Of a stretch of DNA of 32,000 nucleotides, positions 17,801-25,825 are shown piece by piece. The first letter of the stretch is position 1. Each line of letters starts with the position of its first letter. The stretch is taken from positions 1,020,001-1,052,000 of the forward strand of contig NZ_CP019384.1 of NCBI RefSeq assembly GCF_004102945.1. Reading direction: 5' to 3'. Source of the DNA: Candidatus Velamenicoccus archaeovorus. GTDB taxonomy: Bacteria; Omnitrophota; Gorgyraeia; Velamenicoccales; Velamenicoccaceae. A program made the translations under genes and the position numbers. The notes beneath the pieces are model-generated. The model did not search any database, had not been told where the DNA came from, and saw only the letters and a program-made list of their open reading frames with translations.

Positions 17801-18246
17801 ATCAGGCAGGCCAGCTCGCCTTTAAGACAGGCGCTGGAACCGATCAGGCCGCGGCAATACTGCGCCAGGATCTCCTTGTCGATGCGAGGCCGGTAATAAT
17901 ATCCTTCGATATATCCCAGGGAGACCAGCTTGGAAAGATTCCTGTAGCCCTCCTCATCTTTGGCCAGGAGGATGAAATGGTTCGACCCCTCGCTCAAAGA
18001 CTCGGACCTGTCAAAGCGGCCCTTCTGGGCGATATAGACTTCACAACCGATGATGGGCTTGATGCCCTGCTTTGTAGCCTCGGAATAAAAATCGATGGAA
18101 CCGAACATATTGCCATGGTCCGTCACGGCGATAGCCGGCATCCTGAATTCAACAGCTTTGGCGATTAATTCTTTGATACGGCAGGCGCCGTCAAGGAGGC
18201 TGAACTGGGTGTGGAGGTGCAGATGGACGAAATCGGAATGGGCCAT
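14809..18246 (-). CDS. dnaE: DNA polymerase III subunit alpha
   Basis: 1145-aa ORF with ATG at 18246. N-terminal PHP domain (FVHLHLHTQFSLLDG), polymerase core, C-terminal OB fold. Confidence 0.95.
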   Translation of the reverse strand: MAHSDFVHLHLHTQFSLLDGACRIKELIAKAVEFRMPAIAVTDHGNMFGSIDFYSEATKQGIKPIIGCEVYIAQKGRFDRSESLSEGSNHFILLAKDEEGYRNLSKLVSLGYIEGYYYRPRIDKEILAQYCRGLIGSSACLKGELACLITANRLNDAIKAADEFSCMFGRDNFYLELQENFIPEQTVVNEGLLKIAHELNLPVIATNDVHYLNKKSAASHEALLCIQTQTTLDDPNRMRFQTQEFYFKSPQEMKDLFAYCPEAIRNTIEVANRCNLVLEFGKPHLPQYTPPAGKTGEIYLRELCDEGLKKRYGGKVTPAIRQRLEHELATIKQMGFISYFLIVWDFIHYAKSKGIPVGPGRGSAAGSLVSYLLGITELDPLRYKLLFERFLNPERVGLPDIDIDFCFERRQEVIDYVNQKYGKENVAQIITFGTMLARAVIRDVGRVMAVPYADVDRIAKLVPPELGITLDDALKTDELKNLYENNAQVRQLLDTAKDLEGLSRHASVHAAGVVIGDKPLDTYMPLCKLDDDQVTSGFSMKALEKIGLLKMDFLGLRTLTVIAEALKIIKRTKNVDIDIDAVSLEDKKTFGLLASAQTIGVFQLESAGMRDLLRKLNPSLFEDLIALLALYRPGPIGSGMLDDFIQRKHGLKPIVYDHPKMESILKDTYGIMVYQEQVMQIASALAGFSMAQADLLRRAMAKKIPEEMDKQRHLFVEGCIKNKIDKRIATKVFDLIDYFSGYGFNRSHSAAYAVISYRTAYLKANYPVEFMTALLTSEKENTDKVVEYVKEANRMGITVLNPTVNESYSKFTVENQTSIRFGLLAVKNVGKGAIDSIVEARQKDGPFENLEDFCQHVDLRLVNRKVVESLIKCGAMDTFKFRRSQLMTILQECLDYSAKAHKDRSSGQMSFFDTDFSADAGFKRFQVKVPDIKEWPELQLLSFEKEILGFYISGHPLVRYEHLLERFSSCSISKLSELKDGQDVTIVGLINKIKITTTRQKAEKMAILRVEDLTGLLEVLVFPNTYKQVSRYLIANNVVMIKGRLSLREEMPKILAADVTPIEEAYRAISSISIDLSGVKENIMQVLKEKLSLSPGNVPVYLHLGSENNRKLRILVARDLFVQPRQELFNDIEELIGTQRFQLTM

Positions 18247-18347
18247 GAAGATTTCTTTCGAAGCCCTGTTTACGCACAGAACTTCACCTGGCCGCCCCAG
18301 GCGGCCTTGATGTTGCAGATCATAATAAAGATTCCACAGATAGAAAT

Positions 18348-18376
18348 ATTATACTACCCTTTTAAATCTGTGTAAT
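18348..18376 (-). promoter_or_regulatory. sigma70-type promoter candidate for dnaE (ATTACA-17nt-TATAAT)
   Basis: The minus strand reads gATTACAcagatttaaaagggtagTATAATatttc. The -35 lies within the second of two direct repeats GATTACRCAGATTT (plus-strand copies at 18364-18377 and 18387-18400). Confidence 0.45.
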
Positions 18377-18403
18377 CTATCTTTCAAAATCTGCGTAATC
18401 GCT

Positions 18404-20080
18404 TTACTCCCACTCGATAGTCGAAGGGGGCTTGGAGCTGATGTCATAGACGACCCTGTTGACCCCCTTGACTTCGTTAATGATCCTGCTGGAAACCTTG
18501 CCCAAAAGCGCCGGTTCCAGCTTCACCCAGTCCGCGGTCATGCCGTCGCTGGAAGAAACGCAGCGCAGGGCGATCACGTTCTCATAGGTCCTCTCGTCCC
18601 CCATGACTCCGACGGACTTGATGCACAATAAAACACAGAACGACTGCCAGACCTCATTATACAGGCCCGCCTTGCGGATCTCGCCGACAAAGATGTCATC
18701 GGCGTCACGCAACACCTGCAGGCGTTCCGGGGTCACTTCCCCGACAATGCGGATGGCGAGACCCGGCCCTGGGAACGGCTGTCTATGGATGATCTCCTGC
18801 GGCAGGCCCAATTGTTTGGCCAGCTCGCGGACCTCGTCCTTGAAAAGCTCCCTCAAGGGCTCAATCAACTTCAGGTTCATTTTTTCGGGAAGACCGCCGA
18901 CATTATGGTGCGTCTTGATCTTGGCTGAAGGCGATCCCGTTGCAGAGACAGACTCGATCACATCGGGATACAATGTCCCCTGAGCCAGATACTTGACGCG
19001 CCTGATCTTCTTGGCTTCTTCTTCAAAAACCTTGATGAATTCGTCTCCGATAGTCTTGCGTTTGACCTCCGGATCTGTCACGCCCTTGAGACGCTTCAAG
19101 AATCGGTTCTGGGCATTGACGAAATCCAAATTCATATGGAGATTGGCGCGGAAAATGGTCTTGATCTCTTCCGGTTCCCTGTTGCGCACAAGGCCGTTAT
19201 CGACGAAAATGCAGCGCAACTGCCTGCCGATCGCCCTGTGGATGAGAACGGCGGCAACCGAAGAATCCACGCCGCCGCTCAAGCCGCAGACGACGCTGTC
19301 TTTGCCGACCAACTGGCGGATATGGCTCACCGTATCCTTGATGAAGGCGCCCATCTCCCAGCTCGGACGGCAGCGACAGATCCTGTAAAGAAAATTGGAA
19401 ATGATCTCGGAACCGCGGGCCGTATGAACAACCTCGGGATGGAATTGCACGCCGAAAACCTTGCGGTCACGGCTGGCAAATGCCGCATTCGGAGTGCTCA
19501 GGGTATGCGCAATGGAAACAAATCCTTTGGGCAAAGATGAAACGTAGTCTCCGTGGCTCATCCAGCACGTGATATTGCCCGGCAACCCGCTGAAGAAATC
19601 CGCATGGTCGTCTATGAAAAGTTCCTGGCGGCCGAACTCGCGCTCCCTTGTCCGCCGCACCTTGCCGCCGAAATATTGTGCGATCAGCTGCTGCCCGTAA
19701 CAAATCCCGAGAATGGGAATGCCCAATTTAAAAATCCCCTTGTCGCACTTCGGGCTCTTTTCGTCATAAACGCTGGCCGGACCGCCTGAAAAGATCAACC
19801 CCTTCGGGGCCTGCTTCTTGATCTCCTCGGCCGTGATCTTATGGGAAACGATGGTGCTGTAGACCTTGTTTTCGCGTACCCTGCGCGCAATCAATTGCGT
19901 GTACTGGGAGCCGAAATCAAGGATCAGGATGGAATTTTTCTGTTGAAGGCCGGATGTCAAAAATGAACCCGTCTTGACTTCGGGTTTTTTCGCGGCCCTT
20001 GGAGAGGGTCTTCCTGCCGGTTTCGGATGTCTCGTGACGGCTTTCGCCTTTTTTCTTTTTAACGTTTTTTTAGATTTCAC
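18404..20080 (-). CDS. guaA: GMP synthase (glutamine-hydrolysing)
   Basis: 558-aa ORF. GATase-1 domain ([27 protein letters not shown]), ATP-PPase loop SGGVDSS, C-terminus PPSTIEWE. The track start 20080 is GTG in a GTGA overlap with the upstream stop. The first ~45 aa are a K/R/P-rich extension, so the true start could be internal (for example TTG at 19960). Confidence 0.9.
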   Translation of the reverse strand: MKSKKTLKRKKAKAVTRHPKPAGRPSPRAAKKPEVKTGSFLTSGLQQKNSILILDFGSQYTQLIARRVRENKVYSTIVSHKITAEEIKKQAPKGLIFSGGPASVYDEKSPKCDKGIFKLGIPILGICYGQQLIAQYFGGKVRRTREREFGRQELFIDDHADFFSGLPGNITCWMSHGDYVSSLPKGFVSIAHTLSTPNAAFASRDRKVFGVQFHPEVVHTARGSEIISNFLYRICRCRPSWEMGAFIKDTVSHIRQLVGKDSVVCGLSGGVDSSVAAVLIHRAIGRQLRCIFVDNGLVRNREPEEIKTIFRANLHMNLDFVNAQNRFLKRLKGVTDPEVKRKTIGDEFIKVFEEEAKKIRRVKYLAQGTLYPDVIESVSATGSPSAKIKTHHNVGGLPEKMNLKLIEPLRELFKDEVRELAKQLGLPQEIIHRQPFPGPGLAIRIVGEVTPERLQVLRDADDIFVGEIRKAGLYNEVWQSFCVLLCIKSVGVMGDERTYENVIALRCVSSSDGMTADWVKLEPALLGKVSSRIINEVKGVNRVVYDISSKPPSTIEWE

Positions 20081-21237
20081 TTGCCCATCCCCACTCGTTG
20101 AACCACCTGGAAGATTTTACCTTCTGTCTGGATCGAAGGCGCAATAATAATCTCCGTAAACTGCATGTCTTTGATCGTCGCTGCGCCCAGACACCCCATG
20201 GATGTGGTCAATGCGCCCATCAGGTTTTGCGAGCCGTCATCGACCTTGGCGGGCCCGAAAAGGATCTCCTCGAGAGACCCCGTGGTCCCTACGTAAACGC
20301 GGGTCCCCCGGGGCAGGTTGGCATGAGACGTCGCCATGCCCCAGTGATAGCCGCGGCCGGGCGCTTCCACCGCCCTGGCAAAAGCAGAACCTACCATGAC
20401 CGCATCCGCGCCGGCCGCAAAAGCCTTGCAGATCTCGCCGCCGATACGCATGCCGCCGTCCGTAATGATGGGGACGTACTTACCCGTCCTCTTGAAATAA
20501 TAATCCCTGGCCCCGGCCGCGTCGATCGTCGCCGTCACCTGCGGCACGCCGATGCCAAGAACTCCGCGAGTCGTGCATGCAGCGCCCGGACCGACACCAA
20601 TCAACAAAGCTGCCGCGCCCGTATCCATGAGTTCCAACGTCACTTCATAAGTAACGGAATTTCCGAGGATGACGGGGATGTTGCGCTTGGTGCAGAATTT
20701 TTTGAGGTCCAGCGCCTTGTATTCTCTGGCGATATGGCGGGTCGTCGTGACCGTTGATTGCACGACAAAGATATCGGCGCCTGCGTCTTCGGCGATGGCC
20801 GCAAATTTTTCGGCATTCTGAGGAATACAGCTGACGACGGCCGGCGCTTTCTTTTTTTTGATCTCCTCGACGCGCGCGGCAATCAGCTTCTCTTTGATCG
20901 GCTTGACATATACTTCCTGGACAAGACGCGTGGCTTCCTGAGGCGAGGCCTTGGCGATCGCCTCAAGAACTTCATCGGGATTCTCGTAACGGGTCTGGAT
21001 ACCGTCCAGATTAAGAACGGCGATTCCACCCAGCCGGCCCATTTCAACTGCAAACTTTACATCGACCACCCCATCCATGGCTGCAGCCAAAATAGGACAC
21101 TTATACCTCTTGCCTGCCAATTCCCAGGAAGGATCCACTTCCGCAGGATTGATGGTCGTCATGCCGGGCACCAACGCTACCTCATCAAATCCGTAACATT
21201 TTCTGGCTCTTCGATTTATTCCGATCCACTCCCCCAT
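20077..21237 (-). CDS. GuaB3-type IMP dehydrogenase-related protein (no CBS pair)
   Basis: 386-aa ORF with ATG at 21237 and GGAGGA upstream. IMPDH/GMPR barrel with catalytic loop [11 protein letters not shown] and [12 protein letters not shown], but no CBS insertion. Confidence 0.8.
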   Translation of the reverse strand: MGEWIGINRRARKCYGFDEVALVPGMTTINPAEVDPSWELAGKRYKCPILAAAMDGVVDVKFAVEMGRLGGIAVLNLDGIQTRYENPDEVLEAIAKASPQEATRLVQEVYVKPIKEKLIAARVEEIKKKKAPAVVSCIPQNAEKFAAIAEDAGADIFVVQSTVTTTRHIAREYKALDLKKFCTKRNIPVILGNSVTYEVTLELMDTGAAALLIGVGPGAACTTRGVLGIGVPQVTATIDAAGARDYYFKRTGKYVPIITDGGMRIGGEICKAFAAGADAVMVGSAFARAVEAPGRGYHWGMATSHANLPRGTRVYVGTTGSLEEILFGPAKVDDGSQNLMGALTTSMGCLGAATIKDMQFTEIIIAPSIQTEGKIFQVVQRVGMGK

Positions 21238-21275
21238 AAATCCTCCGTTACATGTATAGCTTTGGCAAAGTCAGT

Positions 21276-21313
21276 GGAATCCCCCCGGACTTTAAGTCCG
21301 GGGCTCCTTTTTT
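21276..21313 (+). terminator. intrinsic-terminator-like hairpin oriented on the plus strand (antisense to the guaB3 leader)
   Basis: GGA-atcc-CCCCGGACT-tta-AGTCCGGGG-c-TCC followed by TTTTTT (21308-21313). The T-tract is only on the plus strand. Confidence 0.4.
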
Positions 21314-21411
21314 CCTTAGAACAATTCCCCGAATGATCCTATCGGCCATCCCCGGCGGTCTCCCCAAAGACAACCGTCTTTCATGGCCGTGGGATTGAAA
21401 AAATATGGGAT

Positions 21412-21440
21412 AGTCTACACAAGAATCGAGGCTTTGTCAA
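21412..21440 (-). promoter_or_regulatory. sigma70-type promoter candidate for guaB3-guaA (TTGACA-17nt-TAGACT)
   Basis: The minus strand reads cTTGACAaagcctcgattcttgtgTAGACTatccc. It would give a leader of about 165 nt. Confidence 0.45.
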
Positions 21441-21476
21441 GCTGATCCTTTCTAAGGTAGTTTCCACAAAAAAAGG

Positions 21477-21517
21477 AATAAAAAAACAGGGGCCCGCGCA
21501 AGTCTGCGCGGGCCCCT
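21477..21517 (-). terminator. rho-independent terminator of groES-groEL
   Basis: The minus strand reads AGGGGCCCGCGCA-gact-TGCGCGGGCCCCT followed by GTTTTTTTATT, 31 nt after the groEL stop. Confidence 0.88.
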
Positions 21518-21548
21518 CCTGACCCTATCATCTGACGACGCTACGGGA

Positions 21549-23366
<1,818 letters not shown>

Positions 23367-23660
23367 TTACTTCTTCACAATAGCCAGAATATCTTCTTCG
23401 CGGACGATAAGATATTCCTCGCCATCCTTTGTCGTCACTTCCGTCCCTGAATACTTGGCATAAAGAACGACATCGCCCTCTTTTACTTCCGGCTTCTGGA
23501 CAGTGCCGTTATCCAGAACCTTTCCCTTGCCGACAGCAACGACCTTTCCTTCCTGCGGCTTCTCTTTGACGGTATCAGGAAGAACGATGCCGCCTTTCGA
23601 TTTGGAATCGGCTTCCAGAGGCTTCAGGATAATCCTGTCGCCTAATGGTTGAAAGTTCAT
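23367..23660 (-). CDS. groES: co-chaperonin GroES
   Basis: 97 aa, [14 protein letters not shown]... AAGGAGG upstream of the ATG at 23660. Confidence 0.95.
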   Translation of the reverse strand: MNFQPLGDRIILKPLEADSKSKGGIVLPDTVKEKPQEGKVVAVGKGKVLDNGTVQKPEVKEGDVVLYAKYSGTEVTTKDGEEYLIVREEDILAIVKK

Positions 23661-23870
23661 GCCTCCCTCCTTGTTTTGTTGGTTGGAATTTCTGGAGTCC
23701 CCCCCATGGGTATAACCCGTGGGCTCTTTCTATTCGTCTTTCTATTCGCCCTCGCCCGCCGCTTGCGGCGATCAGGGGCGACGTCCCCATCCGCCATAGT
23801 TTTTCCTGCAAGACAAAACCAACCCATCGGTTCTCCCTGCGGACGAACCGATGGAACTCAGGCAAAGGGA

Positions 23871-23897
23871 TTAGCACTCTGCAATGATGAGTGCTAA
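23871..23897 (-). promoter_or_regulatory. CIRCE operator (HrcA binding site)
   Basis: TTAGCACTC-tgcaatgat-GAGTGCTAA is a perfect match to the CIRCE consensus TTAGCACTC-N9-GAGTGCTAA. It lies 211 nt upstream of the groES ATG. Confidence 0.92.
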
Positions 23898-23974
23898 TAA
23901 CAGACATCAAAAAAACGCAAACCGAAACCCAGCGCGATATTGCGCACCGGCTTTTCTAAGATTTGCGATTGTGA

Positions 23975-24003
23975 ATTTTAATGAAATTTTCCCGTCTTGT
24001 CAA
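23975..24003 (-). promoter_or_regulatory. sigma70-type promoter candidate for groES-groEL (TTGACA-17nt-TAAAAT)
   Basis: The minus strand reads cTTGACAagacgggaaaatttcatTAAAATtcac, starting 9 nt after the coaX stop and about 70 nt upstream of CIRCE. Confidence 0.5.
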
Positions 24004-24011
24004 GTTTTTTT

Positions 24012-24788
24012 TTACAGCTTTTTGCTGATTTTCTGACTGGCTGCGATCATGGCCAGGCCTTTCAGAATCAGGTCTTCTTCAACGACCTTCAGATAACGGC
24101 TGTGAGGCTTGATGAGAAGGGCGTCGCCGCCTGTGACAATGATCTTATATCCCCGGCATTCTTTTTTCAGGAGACGCTCGATGATCCCGTCACACAATGA
24201 GGCGGCGCCGAAAACGATGCCGGCGCGTATGCTGGAGGCAGTGTCGCGTCCAATGAGCTCTATGGGGCGCGCCAGCTCAACGAACGGCAGAAGCGCTGTC
24301 TTATTGTTCAGGGATTCCTGCATAAGCCTTAAACCGGGAGCAATAAGACCGCCCAGATATTCAGCGCCGCGCGACACAACGTCAAACGTGATGGCGGTCC
24401 CGAAATCAACGACAACCAATCCTTTTCCGTACAATTTCAACGCGGCGTAAGCATTCACCAGCCTGTCCTGACCCACCTGTGACGGGATCCTGTATTTATT
24501 CATCAAAGGCACGCAGAAATCTTCTCCGGCGATCTTGCAGTCCGTCTTAAAGATACTGCGGCAGATGGACCGTAGATGCTTGTTGGCCTGGGGGACAACG
24601 CTGCAGGCATAGACTTCCCTGCATGCTTCCTTCTTCAAGAACGGCCGCGCTTTGTCTTTGATCAAGGCCTCGACCTTTACGGGTTCGCCCCAGCCAGACG
24701 TCAAAACTTTAAAAACGCCCACCAGGCGCGAGTCAGCGAAAAATCCGACCGTCACGTTCGTGTTGCCGATGTCAACTGTCGCGATCAT
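24012..24788 (-). CDS. coaX: type III pantothenate kinase
   Basis: ORF 24012..24836 (track start TTG). The ATG at 24788 gives MIATVDIGNTN, the type III PanK N-terminal motif. ATGA overlap with the birA stop. Confidence 0.9.
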   Translation of the reverse strand: MIATVDIGNTNVTVGFFADSRLVGVFKVLTSGWGEPVKVEALIKDKARPFLKKEACREVYACSVVPQANKHLRSICRSIFKTDCKIAGEDFCVPLMNKYRIPSQVGQDRLVNAYAALKLYGKGLVVVDFGTAITFDVVSRGAEYLGGLIAPGLRLMQESLNNKTALLPFVELARPIELIGRDTASSIRAGIVFGAASLCDGIIERLLKKECRGYKIIVTGGDALLIKPHSRYLKVVEEDLILKGLAMIAASQKISKKL

Positions 24789-25588
24789 GAAACCCCCGGC
24801 TTTTCCAGATGGCCCGTATGGACAACCTGGCAACAACCATTGTCCAAGCGTATCACAAGGCTGCCGTTCTCGTCGAAATCCAAGGCATACCCTTCCACGA
24901 CGTGATTGGCGGTGACGACGCGGACCCTCTCGCCCAAGATCAGGCCGGAAGACTCCTTGATCATCCCAAGCAACTCTCTGCTCCGGCCCTCCAGAAGATC
25001 CGCATAGAGCCGATCAAGGTTCTTTATAATTATATGGGAGAGATCAACCAAGTCAACCTCCCTTTTTAATGCAAGGGCGACCGATGTCGCTCCCGGCGGA
25101 AGCTCGCCGCGAGACAGATTCACGTTCACTCCGAGACCGACGACAGCATACCCGACCCTGTCGCCCTCCAGATGCATTTCTGTCAGGATGCCGGCGACCT
25201 TTCCATGCCCCACATACACATCATTGGGCCATTTGATGGACACCTTGTCGACATGGATGCCTTTGAGGGCCTTGGCAATGGCCATGGCCACCGTCAGGGT
25301 AACGAGCGGCATGCGCGCGACTTCCAACTCAGGCCTCAGGATAAAAGAACAGTAGATCCCCTTGCCGACAGGAGAATTCCAGGCGTTCCCAAGACGACCG
25401 CGGCCCTGGGTCTGGCCGTTCGCAAAAAGAACGGTGCCCTGAGGCTCTCCGCTTTCGGCAAGAAAATGGGCCAAATCATTGGTCGAGGTCACCAGATCGT
25501 AAGCCAGGAGTTTCTTGCCGATATAACGCGTCCCCAAGGAATGCTTGCTGGAACGTTGATGGAATAGTCTCGAAAGTCCGGAATCCAT
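24785..25588 (-). CDS. birA: biotin--[acetyl-CoA-carboxylase] ligase (no N-terminal HTH)
   Basis: 267 aa with ATG at 25588. Biotin-binding loop GRGRLGNAWNSPVGKGIY. The adjacency to coaX mirrors known BirA/CoaX fusions. Confidence 0.88.
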   Translation of the reverse strand: MDSGLSRLFHQRSSKHSLGTRYIGKKLLAYDLVTSTNDLAHFLAESGEPQGTVLFANGQTQGRGRLGNAWNSPVGKGIYCSFILRPELEVARMPLVTLTVAMAIAKALKGIHVDKVSIKWPNDVYVGHGKVAGILTEMHLEGDRVGYAVVGLGVNVNLSRGELPPGATSVALALKREVDLVDLSHIIIKNLDRLYADLLEGRSRELLGMIKESSGLILGERVRVVTANHVVEGYALDFDENGSLVIRLDNGCCQVVHTGHLEKPGVS

Positions 25589-25637
25589 TTTTAAATCCGT
25601 TGGCGCGTTAGCGAGTTAACGCGTTGTCGGAGATTTT

Positions 25638-25661
25638 TTAACCCGCTTACCCGTTAACCCG
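25638..25661. repeat. 8-bp x3 tandem repeat (TTAACCCG CTTACCCG TTAACCCG) directly abutting the 77-nt repeat
   Basis: Read directly from the sequence at 25638-25645, 25646-25653 and 25654-25661. Confidence 0.85.
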
Positions 25662-25738
25662 TTGACTCTGCGCGGCCTAAAGCTCCGCCCTTTAGGACGA
25701 AGAGTGTTGTGGCCGCTTAGAGGTACCCGAAACAAGCC
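25662..25738 (+). repeat. 77-nt two-tier hairpin repeat, copy b (between uvrB and birA, inverted relative to copy a)
   Basis: 74/77 identity with the reverse complement of 11265-11341. Outer stem GCGGCC/GGCCGC. The inner stem CTCCGCCC-TTTA-GGACGAAG carries two G-to-A differences. Confidence 0.9.
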
Positions 25739-25740
25739 CA

Positions 25741-25801
25741 GGCCTGCCCCTGGCCTTGCCCTCGGCCTGCCCTTCGGGCAAGGCCAGGGGCAGGCCGAGG
25801 G
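25741..25801. repeat. GC-rich palindrome with two mutually exclusive perfect stems; probable uvrB terminator
   Basis: 25741-25761 is the exact reverse complement of 25776-25796 (21 bp). 25759-25772 is the exact reverse complement of 25788-25801 (14 bp). On the minus strand the structure is followed by TGGGCTTGTTTCGG. It starts 24 nt after the uvrB stop. Confidence 0.8.
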
Positions 25802-25825
25802 CAAAGCCGGGGAATATGGGTTGAT

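Noticed and set aside
21238-21410. Known purine-pathway riboswitch (guanine, ZTP/pfl, PRPP/ppGpp) in the guaB3 leader.
   Set aside because: A GGCCAT...ATGGCC stem with an internal ACCGCCGGGGAT loosely recalls part of the ZTP 5' subdomain. However, the conserved junction (GACTGGCG-like) and the CCGCCTGGGC 3' element are absent. No purine-riboswitch loops were seen. An Infernal scan would be needed to be sure.
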